32,000 bases of DNA from an archaeon (GTDB lineage: Archaea; Asgardarchaeota; Thorarchaeia; Thorarchaeales; Thorarchaeaceae). The stretch is from assembly GCA_024275415.1 (NCBI GenBank), contig JAJRZD010000035.1:30001-62000 (forward strand), read 5' to 3'. Position 1 is the stretch's first letter; each line of letters begins with the position of its first letter. The translations under genes and the position numbers were made by a program. Shown piece after piece: positions 17,810 through 27,880 of the stretch. Under the pieces are notes generated by a model. The model searched no databases. It had not been told where the DNA came from and worked only from the letters and a program-made list of their open reading frames with translations.

Positions 17810-19267
17810 ATGAGCAGTAGGATCTTTGCTGTATTTGATATTGGCACAACAGGTACTCGGTCAGTTCTTGTCGATGAGGAAGGTCGTGAGTTAGCAAAGG
17901 AGTATGAAGAATATCCTCCGACGCCGCGGGATCTCAAGGTTCACGAGCAAATTGCAGATGTGTATTGGCGAACTGCCTGTAATACCATGCAAAGAGCTTT
18001 AACCTCATTGGATGGGGGTGCTGATGCGATTGTCAGTGTAGTGGTGACAACCACACGAGATTGTGTCACGCCCGTTGATAAAGATGGGAACGCACTTGCA
18101 CCAACGGTGACTTGGGTTGACAATCGTTCGAGTCCCCGAAGCAAAGAGATGGCTGCTGAGATTGGTCCACGGAAGACTGTGAATAAGATAATGTGGTTCA
18201 TTGACGAGAGACCCGACCTCTTTGAAAATGCATACAAATTCGTGCATCTTGATGCTTTCATCAATAACAGGTTATGCGGTTCGCTTGTGAGTGAGCCTGC
18301 GAACGCGAGATACGGTCCTATAGACCATGAAACACTACGCTGGTCTGAGGATCTTTGTGAAACGACAGGAATACCCCTCGATAAGCTTGTAGATATTGTG
18401 AATCCGGGTGAGGTCATTGGGGAAATCACAAGGGATGCATCAAAGGCAACAGGACTGCGCAGTGGCACGACAGTCATTATGGGATGTGGGGATCAACAAT
18501 GTTCTGCATTGGGAACTGGTACGATCAGGACCGGGATCGTCAAGGCGACCACGGGTACAGGAACATTTGTCATCACTCACACAGAGGAATTCATTGAAGA
18601 CCCCTACGTCATGTTCTCAAATCCCTCTGCCATGCCCGGAAAGTGGATTCTCGAAGGTGCGATTCCAGGAACTGGTCTGGCATACAAATGGTATCGTGAC
18701 AACTATTGTGAAATCGAGGTGGCACAAGCGCTTCAAAGCGATAAGGATGTCTACGAGATAATCGAGTCGTCCGCCGCATCCATTCCTGCTGGCAGTGACG
18801 GACTGGTGGTCTTTCCATTCATGGCGTACAACAAAGGAATCTTCTACAATCTCGGATTTGGTCACACCAAATCACATGTTGCCAGGGCCATCATGGAGGC
18901 AAATGGGTACGGGATTCGGATGTATTGTGAGATGATTGAAGGGATGCTTGATATCGAATTCGACGAGCTACGGATTGATGGAGGTGGCTCCAACTCTCCG
19001 TTATGGCGGCAGATCCAAGCTGACTGCACGAACAAGACCGTTCTCCTTCCTCGTTCTAGAGATTCCACTGCGATTGGTGCAGCAATTTTGGGGACAGTCG
19101 GTTCTGGAGTCTATGGGAGTTTCGAAGAAGCCGTTTCAAACATGGTCCATATCGTAGAACGCAGGGCACCGATCCCAGAGAATCATGCAATCTATGAACA
19201 GCAATATACAATCTACAACAAGTTGCTCATTGCAGAGATGCCAGCACTCATCGAACTCACATCTTGA
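17810..19267 (+). CDS. FGGY-family carbohydrate kinase (glycerol kinase / xylulokinase-like)
   Basis: Motifs FDIGTTGTR, WVDNRS, GDQQCSALG, TTGTGTF and DGGGSNSPLWRQIQAD. Start at ATG 17810 after GGTGA. Confidence 0.9.
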   Translation: MSSRIFAVFDIGTTGTRSVLVDEEGRELAKEYEEYPPTPRDLKVHEQIADVYWRTACNTMQRALTSLDGGADAIVSVVVTTTRDCVTPVDKDGNALAPTVTWVDNRSSPRSKEMAAEIGPRKTVNKIMWFIDERPDLFENAYKFVHLDAFINNRLCGSLVSEPANARYGPIDHETLRWSEDLCETTGIPLDKLVDIVNPGEVIGEITRDASKATGLRSGTTVIMGCGDQQCSALGTGTIRTGIVKATTGTGTFVITHTEEFIEDPYVMFSNPSAMPGKWILEGAIPGTGLAYKWYRDNYCEIEVAQALQSDKDVYEIIESSAASIPAGSDGLVVFPFMAYNKGIFYNLGFGHTKSHVARAIMEANGYGIRMYCEMIEGMLDIEFDELRIDGGGSNSPLWRQIQADCTNKTVLLPRSRDSTAIGAAILGTVGSGVYGSFEEAVSNMVHIVERRAPIPENHAIYEQQYTIYNKLLIAEMPALIELTS

Positions 19268-19363
19268 ATCAATCATATCTGCCGAAAGCCTTGTATTGCC
19301 GTGGGGACTGCATATGACAGTCTTCAGTAGCCAACCGAACGTATTGCTGGACAACACGGAGTC

Positions 19364-21025
19364 TTGAGCATATTGACCGAGTTTGATGTGATTGTTATTG
19401 GCGGTGGAAGCACTGGTACTGCTGTTGCACGGGACTGTGCTATGCGTGGTTTGAAGACCCTTCTTTTGGAGCGTGATGATATTGCATCTGCGACTGTTGG
19501 GACTTGTGCTGGCATGATAAGTTCTGGGTTCAAGTACTACCATGAGCCCGATATTATGGACTTGTGCTCTCACGAAGTGGTTCATCTCAAGCACATAGCC
19601 CGACATATCGTAGCTAAACTTCCAATCCTGTTCCCATTGATGGACTTGAGCGAAATCTCATCTGGCGGCAAAGGGATGGAAGAATATGAGAAGCGCGTGC
19701 AGGAACGGGGTGTTCCTCCTGTTCTAATCCTGACTCCTGAGGCATCGCGTGAGATTGAACCGTCTCTCCATCCAGAGCTGATTGCAAGTGGTTATGTCGA
19801 GGAGTTCTTTATTGACCCTTTCCGGCTTTGCGTCCTACAGGCAAAAGATGCTGAACAGCATGGAGCAACAATCCGTACTTATTGTGAAGTCACAGCAATC
19901 GATATTCGAAATGGTGCAGTCCACACTGTGACCTATTTTAACAGGATGACTGGCACTCTTGAAACGGTTGAAGCCAAGGTAGTCATTAGCGCTACTGGTC
20001 CATGGGCGAGTGAGATCGCACGATTAGCAGGTATTTCATTAGAGCTTCGGCTGAACAAGGGCGCTCATGTCATCTTGGATCGGCGAGTCACCAATGTTGG
20101 AATTTCCACGCGAGCAGTTGATGGAAGATGGGTCTATCTGTTCCCGCATGAGAATACCACACTCATAGGGACTACTGCACTTGATACTTGGGATAACCCT
20201 GATGAGCTTGTTACCTCTCAGGACGAGATCGAGTATCTTCTACGTAGTTTTGAATTCGTTGTCCCGTCTGTCCGCGAGGCTCGAATCATCCGGACCATGG
20301 AAGGTGTCCGACCGATGGCCCCCGTCTGGAAAGTTCCAGAAGGTGAAGTTACTCGGGGTTATGAGATTATCGACCATGGACAGGATGGAGTTTCCGGTTT
20401 CTACTCATTCATTGGTGGAAAGCTGGTGATGTGCAGACATATGGCAGAAGCCGTCACTGATATTGTATGTGAGCGACTTGGTGTGACGGGTTCTTGTGAA
20501 ACTCATATCAAACCTCTACCAGGGATGTCTGAGGAGGTCGATGTGTTGATGCTAGCAGAGAAATATGGTGTGCCGTCGCATGCCCTTGAACGCCTCAAGG
20601 CCAGAAGAGGCTCCGAATTGGTTGAGATTCTTGAGATGACCCGTGAACACCCTGAGTGGACGAACATGGTGTGCATATGCGAACCTGTGATGGATGCTGA
20701 GATCCGCTATGCTATCCGAACCGAATATCCCCAAACATTGAACGACCTGCGAAGAAGGGTTCGATTGGGAACTGGCCCCTGCCAAGCAACATTCTGTACA
20801 TTCAAAGCTGCCTCAATCATGGCAGAGGAACTAGGTCTTACTGGAAGTCAGACCCATTCGGAGATTGTTGATTATCTATCTGAACGTTGGAAAGGAAAGC
20901 GACCCCCCCTACGAGGCGCAGCACTGGCTCAAGAGGAGATTGTCAATGGGATATATGCGTGTGTTGGAAATCTTGAGCAAACTGTCATTGATTACGAGCC
21001 AAAGCCATGGGAGGAGATTCGTTAG
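19364..21025 (+). CDS. glpA: Anaerobic glycerol-3-phosphate dehydrogenase subunit A-like
   Basis: Motifs VIGGGSTG, DCAMRG, GVRP and GGKL, plus a C-terminal BFD-like CICE...RVRLGTGPCQATFC. Confidence 0.88.
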   Translation: MSILTEFDVIVIGGGSTGTAVARDCAMRGLKTLLLERDDIASATVGTCAGMISSGFKYYHEPDIMDLCSHEVVHLKHIARHIVAKLPILFPLMDLSEISSGGKGMEEYEKRVQERGVPPVLILTPEASREIEPSLHPELIASGYVEEFFIDPFRLCVLQAKDAEQHGATIRTYCEVTAIDIRNGAVHTVTYFNRMTGTLETVEAKVVISATGPWASEIARLAGISLELRLNKGAHVILDRRVTNVGISTRAVDGRWVYLFPHENTTLIGTTALDTWDNPDELVTSQDEIEYLLRSFEFVVPSVREARIIRTMEGVRPMAPVWKVPEGEVTRGYEIIDHGQDGVSGFYSFIGGKLVMCRHMAEAVTDIVCERLGVTGSCETHIKPLPGMSEEVDVLMLAEKYGVPSHALERLKARRGSELVEILEMTREHPEWTNMVCICEPVMDAEIRYAIRTEYPQTLNDLRRRVRLGTGPCQATFCTFKAASIMAEELGLTGSQTHSEIVDYLSERWKGKRPPLRGAALAQEEIVNGIYACVGNLEQTVIDYEPKPWEEIR

Positions 21026-22363
21026 ATGGATGCAGATTATGATATTGTTGTGATTGGTGGTGGGTTGGCCGGCCTCACAGCAGGGATATCAGCGGCCCAG
21101 ATGAATGCTAATACGCTGGTCGTTCGTAAAGGAGAGGGTGCTACCTCATTATCCTCTGGGGCTTTGGATATTGCCGGATATCTACGCGGCGGTGAAACCC
21201 CTTTTCTTACTCCTGAGGAAGGAGTCGCTGCATTGGCCCATGTTTATCCATTTCATCCCTATTCAGTGCTTGAGAGCATTCCTTCTCTTGGTCTGAAAGA
21301 GATCGTTTCGTGGCTCAAAGACATACTCGCTGGTTCTCCGTCTGCAATGATTGGCAGCCACGACACAACAACCATGGCATTGACAATTCTAGGCACAAAA
21401 AAACCGACTTGTCTTGTTCAGAGAACAATGCATACTACTCGCTTGGATAACACTGATGAAACGCTTCTTTTTGCAGGGATTAAAGGACTGGCGGACTTCA
21501 ATCCGTCCACTGCATCAAAAGCGTTGATGGAATCCGTTATTGCTGGTGAAACTGGTCCTCACAAGATTGTGCATACTCTACTGGAATGTAGTCCCTTTCG
21601 CCAACCCTCCAATATCTCACCAGTCGAACTAGCACGATACATCGAAACCGAGGATGGGTTGGATAGGATCATAAAAGAGCTTCAGCATTGTACTGAGCAG
21701 ACCGGAACAACTCTAATCGCTCTGCCCCCAATTCTTGGTTTGGTCAATCCTATTGAAATAAAGAAGCGAATCGAGGAAGAAACTGGGACAGAGATTTTCG
21801 AGCTGTTATCTTTTCCCCCCTCTGTCCCAGGCTACCGGTTACAAAGGTCTCTTGAAGCATCGTTGAAGAAAGCAGGAGGGACTCTTCTGGTCGGTCATGA
21901 GGCTGTTTCATTCAAGAAGCAGGAAGGCAAGATCATTGATATCACTTTGAAGAGCCCTCGCAGGACATTCAATACACACCCGAAAAGTGTCATTCTGGCT
22001 ACTGGCAAGTTTGTTGGAGGTGGACTTGCAGGGAATCGAACAGGGCTTAGAGAAACCGTCTTCGATCTACCTGTTCTGGATGGGACGCGCCAATCTGTTC
22101 AAGATGTCAGACCATCTCATTTGACACGAGTTGTCCCATTGCACAAGGAAGGTCACCCTCTCTTTGAATGCGGTATTGGGTTCGACACCCGCTTCAGGCC
22201 AATCGATGTCAAAGGCGACATCTTCGCATCGAATCTCTTTGCTGCGGGTTCTGTCCTTTGCGGATACAACTATCCCGTAGAAAAGAGCGGGTTGGGAGTA
22301 GCGCTTGTCACTGGAAGAATATGTGGTGTTCATGCAGCGGAGAATGTCACAGGAGGGAACTAA
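21026..22363 (+). CDS. glpB: Anaerobic glycerol-3-phosphate dehydrogenase subunit B-like
   Basis: Motifs IGGGLAG, SSGALD, ELLSFPPSVPGYRL, LATGKFVGGGL and AAGSVLCGY...SGLGVA. Confidence 0.9.
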   Translation: MDADYDIVVIGGGLAGLTAGISAAQMNANTLVVRKGEGATSLSSGALDIAGYLRGGETPFLTPEEGVAALAHVYPFHPYSVLESIPSLGLKEIVSWLKDILAGSPSAMIGSHDTTTMALTILGTKKPTCLVQRTMHTTRLDNTDETLLFAGIKGLADFNPSTASKALMESVIAGETGPHKIVHTLLECSPFRQPSNISPVELARYIETEDGLDRIIKELQHCTEQTGTTLIALPPILGLVNPIEIKKRIEEETGTEIFELLSFPPSVPGYRLQRSLEASLKKAGGTLLVGHEAVSFKKQEGKIIDITLKSPRRTFNTHPKSVILATGKFVGGGLAGNRTGLRETVFDLPVLDGTRQSVQDVRPSHLTRVVPLHKEGHPLFECGIGFDTRFRPIDVKGDIFASNLFAAGSVLCGYNYPVEKSGLGVALVTGRICGVHAAENVTGGN

Positions 22364-23596
22364 GTGGACGAAGAAGAAGCCTATGCACATGTCAGGAATA
22401 CACTCAAAGAAGAGCGAATGATGCCGTTCTCCACCTCTGAAATGGAAGTGGTTCGATCCGTAGGACAATGTATCAACTGCGGTACTTGCCTCAATCACTG
22501 CCCTGTAACGCGTGCTGTGGGAGTTGAGAGATTCACAGGCCCTCGGGGAATAGCTGTGGAACTTAGTCGTTCCCCTCCCGAGTATTGGTCTAGTACCGAC
22601 AGAATCTACCTTTGTACGGGCTGTGGTACATGCCGGGAAGTATGTCCAAAAAATGTTGACATACCGAATGTCGTGAATCTTATGAGGCGACGCATCTTCT
22701 CCCAGCGTCCTGATCTCGTTCCTCAAAGCCTACATCAGCAGAACGAGATTCTTCGAAAGCATAATCTTGCATTTGTTCCATGGGATGACCCTGACGAGAA
22801 AGCAGAAAGCAGGAATATGCGTCTTGAGCGACTCGACCTACCTTTCATCAAGGACAAGATTCGAAAGGGAGCAGAGGTACTTTTCTATCCTGGCTGTCAG
22901 GCTGAAGAACGTGCTCAGGAGGTTCGAGAGGCAGCAAAAATAATCCTTGAACGGTTCAATGTTGATTATACTCTCGTTGAGAAAATGACCTGCTGTAGCC
23001 TGCCAGCAATACTGGTGGGTGACATGGAAAAGTCCATCGAGCTGTCTACCATTCTCAAGAAGCAGATTGATGACCTTGGAGTTAAGAAGATAGTCACAAC
23101 TTGCGCAGGCTGTACATCGAACCTTAATGAGATTGCAGCACGAAACAATTGGGAAATTCCTGTCTATCATATCCTTGAGTTTCTAGTCGAAGACATAGGT
23201 GTTCATGAGGTATCTAAAGCACTCTCCCCCATGGATGACCATACTGTGAGGGTAACTGTTCATGATCCTTGTCACCTCATCCGCCATACATCCCGTCGGG
23301 TTCTCGAGTATGCCCATCGCCTACTGAATGCAATACCTGATGTGGAGGTGGTCGAGTCAAGTGCACACGACCTGTGTTGTGGAGGTGGCGGATTGGTCGG
23401 AAGGCATTCTCCTGACGTGTCGCGTGTGATAGTGAAAGAAAATATCCGAGCAATCAAAGAAACCTCAGCTGAGCGTATAGTAACTCCCTGCCCTCTTTGC
23501 ACTGCGCAGATTGAGGAATCCCTTTTCAGAGATGGTAGTGACATCGAAGTGGATGATCTAACTGTATTCATCGCTCAGAGTTTTGAAGGAGGCTGA
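22364..23596 (+). CDS. glpC: GlpC-like Fe-S subunit (two 4Fe-4S motifs plus CCG domains)
   Basis: Motifs CINCGTCLNHCP, CTGCGTCREVCP, CCSLP, HDPCH and CCGGGG. Directly follows glpB. Confidence 0.82.
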   Translation: MDEEEAYAHVRNTLKEERMMPFSTSEMEVVRSVGQCINCGTCLNHCPVTRAVGVERFTGPRGIAVELSRSPPEYWSSTDRIYLCTGCGTCREVCPKNVDIPNVVNLMRRRIFSQRPDLVPQSLHQQNEILRKHNLAFVPWDDPDEKAESRNMRLERLDLPFIKDKIRKGAEVLFYPGCQAEERAQEVREAAKIILERFNVDYTLVEKMTCCSLPAILVGDMEKSIELSTILKKQIDDLGVKKIVTTCAGCTSNLNEIAARNNWEIPVYHILEFLVEDIGVHEVSKALSPMDDHTVRVTVHDPCHLIRHTSRRVLEYAHRLLNAIPDVEVVESSAHDLCCGGGGLVGRHSPDVSRVIVKENIRAIKETSAERIVTPCPLCTAQIEESLFRDGSDIEVDDLTVFIAQSFEGG

Positions 23597-23600
23597 TGGG

Positions 23601-25028
23601 TTGATTGGCGCCAAACGAAAGACAATTGCAGCAGAACGAATTGCTGGTGTCATAGGGAACGATTTTGTCACAATTCACGAAACCGATGCGTTGTTGACCT
23701 CTGTCGATGCATGGCCGTTGAGCCTAGCAAAGATCAGGGCTGGAGAGTTAATCCCCTTTGCAGATATCGTGGCATATCCCCATAATGTGGAGGAGGTTTC
23801 CCAGATTCTTGCTATATGCAGTGAGCTTGAGATTCCCGTGACTCCAGTCGGAGGCGGTGCAGGAAGCTGTGGGGGAATCATCCCTGTATACGGAGGCCTT
23901 CATCTAGACCTGAAGCGTATGAATAGGATCATTGGCATAGATCATGACTCGATGGTCGTTCGGGTCGAGGCTGGAGTAGTTGGGATTGATTTGGAGGAAC
24001 ATGTCAACCGTTTCGGTTATACCACTGGTCACACGCCCACTTCGTTGAGAGCATCCAATGTGGGAGGCTTTCTTGCAACACGGTCTGGGGGGTCGATGTC
24101 ATCACTTTACGGGAAGATTGAGGACATGACGTTGGGTCTCCAAGTTGTTATCCCAGATGGCTCTATCATCGAATGCAAGGCTGTTCCGCGCCATTCGGTA
24201 GGTCCTGATCTAAAGCAGGTGTTCATTGGTTCCGAAGGTACGTTGGGTGTTATCACAGAAGCCACGTTGCAACTGTTCCCGATACCAGAAGAACGACGAT
24301 TCAGGAGCATGTGCTTTCCTGACATAACCAGTGGGCTGGACGCAATACGAAGCATCTTCCGAGCTGGGATTCGTCCCTCCGTGGTCAGATTGTATGATGA
24401 AACTGACACCGCAATGTCGATAGCACCACACTTTGAGGTGGATGACGAGTCCTGCATGTTGCTTCTTGCATTCGACGGCTCAAGAGAACGAGTGGCCCTC
24501 GATGAACAGCAATCAGCAAATATCTGTCAGGCGCACGGTGCGCAGGACTATGGTGATGGGCCATCTCGGAGATGGTGGGAGCATCGATATGACATGTACT
24601 ATCCATCGAAATTCCTGACATCAGGCTATTCGATTGCCGATACCATTGATGTGGTTGCAACCTACGACCGGCTGGAGAGAGTCTATTGGTCAATGAAAGA
24701 GGCGATGGAATCGGAAGGTGCCATTGTTCTCTGTCATTTTTCACATATGTATCTACATGGCGGAAGCATGTACATGATATTCTTCTCCTCACAACCTGAT
24801 GCCGAGTCCTTGTGGTCCACATACGAGCGTATCTGGCATGCGGGGATTGAGGCATGTCACAAAGAAGGTGGAGTAATGAGTCATCAGCACGGAGTAGGTC
24901 TTACCCGTAGCACATACACTGAGGATGAACTGGGCAGTAGTTTCCATGTTCTTAAGATGATAAAACAAGCTCTTGACCCGAAAGGTATCATGAACCCCGG
25001 AAAGCTGGGCATGGGGGTACAGAAGTGA
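23601..25028 (+). CDS. FAD-linked oxidoreductase, alkyl-dihydroxyacetone-phosphate synthase (AGPS)-like
   Basis: Motifs PVGGGAG, GGFLATRSGG..S..YGKIED, GSEGTLGVITE, RLYD, CHFSHMY..GGSMY, SHQHGVG and LDPKGIMNPGK. TTG at 23601 lies 8 nt after GGAGG; the ORF is open from 23583. Confidence 0.82.
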   Translation: MIGAKRKTIAAERIAGVIGNDFVTIHETDALLTSVDAWPLSLAKIRAGELIPFADIVAYPHNVEEVSQILAICSELEIPVTPVGGGAGSCGGIIPVYGGLHLDLKRMNRIIGIDHDSMVVRVEAGVVGIDLEEHVNRFGYTTGHTPTSLRASNVGGFLATRSGGSMSSLYGKIEDMTLGLQVVIPDGSIIECKAVPRHSVGPDLKQVFIGSEGTLGVITEATLQLFPIPEERRFRSMCFPDITSGLDAIRSIFRAGIRPSVVRLYDETDTAMSIAPHFEVDDESCMLLLAFDGSRERVALDEQQSANICQAHGAQDYGDGPSRRWWEHRYDMYYPSKFLTSGYSIADTIDVVATYDRLERVYWSMKEAMESEGAIVLCHFSHMYLHGGSMYMIFFSSQPDAESLWSTYERIWHAGIEACHKEGGVMSHQHGVGLTRSTYTEDELGSSFHVLKMIKQALDPKGIMNPGKLGMGVQK

Positions 25029-26149
25029 TGGATTCAGAACAATATGCCGACCAGATACGCCTCTGTGCATCGTGTCCAAAACTATGTCGTCATGTATGCC
25101 CGACTTTTTCTGCTTGGCGATCTAATGCCCCAACGCCACACGGTCGTGCCATCTTGCTCCACTATGAGGCAGTGGGAGCACGAAACCTTGATGATCGAGC
25201 GGTCGAAGTGATTTATCAGTGCCTACAATGCAGTCATTGTTTGACTTGGTGTATCCCCGAGGTCGATATTGCAAGCATCGTTGAGATGACACGTGAACGG
25301 CTGGTTTCAGAGGATAGATATCCGTCAGGTCTGGACAGACTAAAACAATCTGTGGACGCAAACCATAACCCATTTGGTGAGCCCCATGGGACTAGAACCT
25401 CTTGGTATGTGACTGAGGGAGGCGAGGTAACACGGATTGTCTATTTCACTGGGTGCACAGCGTCATACAGAGAACAGTCCATTGCTGTGGCCACAGTCGA
25501 ACTCCTACGTTCCATCGGCTATCAGGTATTAGTCTTGGATGATGAGTGGTGTTGCGGGTCTCCCTTGCTCAGGACCGGCTTTGTTCCCGATGCATTGGTG
25601 CAGGCTGAACATAACGTTGAGGTGCTCAACTCAATTGACGCCGAAGCGATAGTCGCCACTTGTCCGGGGTGCTACAAAACATTGGTGAAAGACTATCCCG
25701 AACACGGACTGTCCATTCGCATTCCTGTAAGACACATCTCCGATCTATTGGATGAAAAGCTATCTGCCCTCGATGAGAGTGACTTCTCCGAGGTCATTAC
25801 ATATCACGACCCGTGCCATCTAGGACGGCATTCTGGAGTGTACGATGCTCCTCGCGAAGTGATCAGGAAGATTTCAGGGGTTGAGGTTTCTGAGATGAAA
25901 CGGAACCGAGAGAACGCAACCTGCTGTGGGAATGGAGCAGGGCTTCGTACGTTGTTTCCAGATGCAGCGAAACGAATCGGAAGCTCTAGGATACAAGACG
26001 CTAAAGATGTAGGCGCGAGGGTCTTGGTGACCTCCTGTCCGTTCTGCAAGAATATGCTCAAGGGCCAGGCTGATGAGTCGCTAGATGTGTTCGACTTGCC
26101 TGAATTCGTACTTGGAATGACCCAACGCCTCAATCAGAAAGATGAATAA
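25028..26149 (+). CDS. Second (Fe-S)-binding CCG-domain oxidoreductase subunit (GlcF/HdrD-like)
   Basis: Motifs CASCPKLCRHVCP, CLQCSHCLTWC, CCGSP, YHDPCHLGR, CCGNGAG and TSCPFC. ATGA overlap with the FAD enzyme. Confidence 0.88.
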   Translation: MDSEQYADQIRLCASCPKLCRHVCPTFSAWRSNAPTPHGRAILLHYEAVGARNLDDRAVEVIYQCLQCSHCLTWCIPEVDIASIVEMTRERLVSEDRYPSGLDRLKQSVDANHNPFGEPHGTRTSWYVTEGGEVTRIVYFTGCTASYREQSIAVATVELLRSIGYQVLVLDDEWCCGSPLLRTGFVPDALVQAEHNVEVLNSIDAEAIVATCPGCYKTLVKDYPEHGLSIRIPVRHISDLLDEKLSALDESDFSEVITYHDPCHLGRHSGVYDAPREVIRKISGVEVSEMKRNRENATCCGNGAGLRTLFPDAAKRIGSSRIQDAKDVGARVLVTSCPFCKNMLKGQADESLDVFDLPEFVLGMTQRLNQKDE

Positions 26150-26170
26150 GCCAAATGAGGTAATCACACA

Positions 26171-27289
26171 ATGACTACAATGGATCACGACGAAGCACTG
26201 TACCTGAAGATTAGATTGTTACTTGAAGGTGCTGTCATCCCAGAAGGATTCTCAAGGGGACGTAAGGGAGGAGCTGGCCCTGTGGGAGGTAGATACTTCA
26301 TGCTCCCTAATGGAAGTCTGTGTGGGATTCCCATCCGCACAAGTGAACAGGCTCGAATCTTCAATTCCTCGAACTTGGAACCACTTGAAGATGATAAGTG
26401 GCGGTACGATTCGAAGTACATCGTAACAGAGATTCCCACTCCAGAAATCTATCAGCATTCAACAAAAGATGGAATCGACTATGGCAAGATTGCTCTTCTT
26501 CATGGAACCGAATGTCTAGCCACAACAGTATTCCAGTCGTGTAAATACTGGTCTACAGGTGACCAATGCAAGTTCTGCACGATACCCACCTCGTTTTTGA
26601 GCGGGAATACAATCAAAGAGAAGACGCCTGAGCAGATTGCAGAGGTCGTCAAGCAAGGGTTGAAGGATGGTATTATCAAACATGTCTTGCTCACGACCGG
26701 AACCTCTGAGGGTGAGGATATGGGAATTGAGCGGCTGGTCAGTATTGCAGAAGCAATCAGGGAGTTCAGCAACATTCCTATCGCAGTACAGTTCGAGCCA
26801 CCGGAGGACACTTCGTATCTGAAGAAATTGGCTGATGTAGGTGTGAATGCAGTCGGCATCCATCTTGAGAGTGCCGATGAAAAGATACGTTCCGAGATGT
26901 GTCCTGGCAAGTACAGGTACGGCTCTTTTGAGCTGTACAATAGGACTTGGGATGCTGCAAGAAAGTACTTCAAGAAAGGTGATGTTTCGACATTTCTTCT
27001 CTTTGGTCTCGGAGAGAATCTAGAACAAACGATAGATCTGTGTGAGTACCTTGCTCAAAAAGGCATTCTTCCAGTTGTTACTCCATTCAGGCCCGCTCCC
27101 GGAAGCCAGCTTGCAGACTTTGTTCCGCATTATGTCGGACGGCTAGACGAGTCCGTTGAGTTTTATAAGAAACTGGGAACAATCCTTTTCAAACATGGCT
27201 TGGATCCTAAGAGCACTTCTGCCGGATGCTCACGATGTGGTGGCTGTACGCCGATGCAGGATGCATATAACTGGGCAAGCCATCAATGA
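26171..27289 (+). CDS. Radical SAM protein resembling the MSMEG_0568 family
   Basis: LHGTECLATTVFQSCKYWSTGDQCKFC gives a long-spaced Cx8Cx2C. C-terminal AGCSRCGGC and N-terminal GRKGGAGP are also present. Confidence 0.78.
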   Translation: MTTMDHDEALYLKIRLLLEGAVIPEGFSRGRKGGAGPVGGRYFMLPNGSLCGIPIRTSEQARIFNSSNLEPLEDDKWRYDSKYIVTEIPTPEIYQHSTKDGIDYGKIALLHGTECLATTVFQSCKYWSTGDQCKFCTIPTSFLSGNTIKEKTPEQIAEVVKQGLKDGIIKHVLLTTGTSEGEDMGIERLVSIAEAIREFSNIPIAVQFEPPEDTSYLKKLADVGVNAVGIHLESADEKIRSEMCPGKYRYGSFELYNRTWDAARKYFKKGDVSTFLLFGLGENLEQTIDLCEYLAQKGILPVVTPFRPAPGSQLADFVPHYVGRLDESVEFYKKLGTILFKHGLDPKSTSAGCSRCGGCTPMQDAYNWASHQ

Positions 27290-27312
27290 CACTAAAGTAG
27301 AGGGTCTGGACA

Positions 27313-27813
27313 GTGAATGACTTTGTTCTTTCCCATGAAGAGATCCGCATCATAGAATTCTCAGAAGAGGATGCCGAGGAGATATCGCAACTATTCCGAG
27401 AGGTCTGGCCACAGGCTACTGAGTACCCCGAGGGATGGAGGAAGAAGCGGATGTACTCGGCTGAACAGATCATCGATGATATGCGGAATGGATACCATTA
27501 CTTTGGATCACGATTACAGGGACGAATCGTTGGTGTCTATAAGGCACTAATTACCGACAAGGGTCTCTTTGGGGAGCATCAAGCCGTAAGTGCGGAATAC
27601 CGGAACTCTGGACTTGCCTCTGCAATGTATGTACAGTTTGCTGAATACGGGAAAGCCCATGGATGCAAAAGGAACTATTGCAATATCCTAGTTGGTCATA
27701 AACCGAGTGAGCGACTGATGAAGCACTTTGGATTCTGCCCGTGGGGTGAGCCCTATGAGCAGTATCCGGGGATGCAGGTTCAGATGTATGAACGTCCTTT
27801 GGACGAGGAATGA
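27313..27813 (+). CDS. GNAT-family N-acetyltransferase
   Basis: AVSAEYRNSGLAS (motif A, R/QxxGxA) and a downstream KHFGF. Confidence 0.82.
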   Translation: MNDFVLSHEEIRIIEFSEEDAEEISQLFREVWPQATEYPEGWRKKRMYSAEQIIDDMRNGYHYFGSRLQGRIVGVYKALITDKGLFGEHQAVSAEYRNSGLASAMYVQFAEYGKAHGCKRNYCNILVGHKPSERLMKHFGFCPWGEPYEQYPGMQVQMYERPLDEE

Positions 27814-27880
27814 CCACAACAATATACCGGAATACTCATAGATGTTACAAGTTACAATACTCGCTTACATCCGTTGAGGT

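Noticed and set aside
27286-27312. An ATGA overlap at the radical SAM stop is in frame with the GNAT through a TAG (MTLK*RVWT), suggesting pyrrolysine readthrough
   Set aside because: The extension would add only nine nondescript residues, a GTG start at 27313 gives a complete GNAT, and no pyl genes are in the window.
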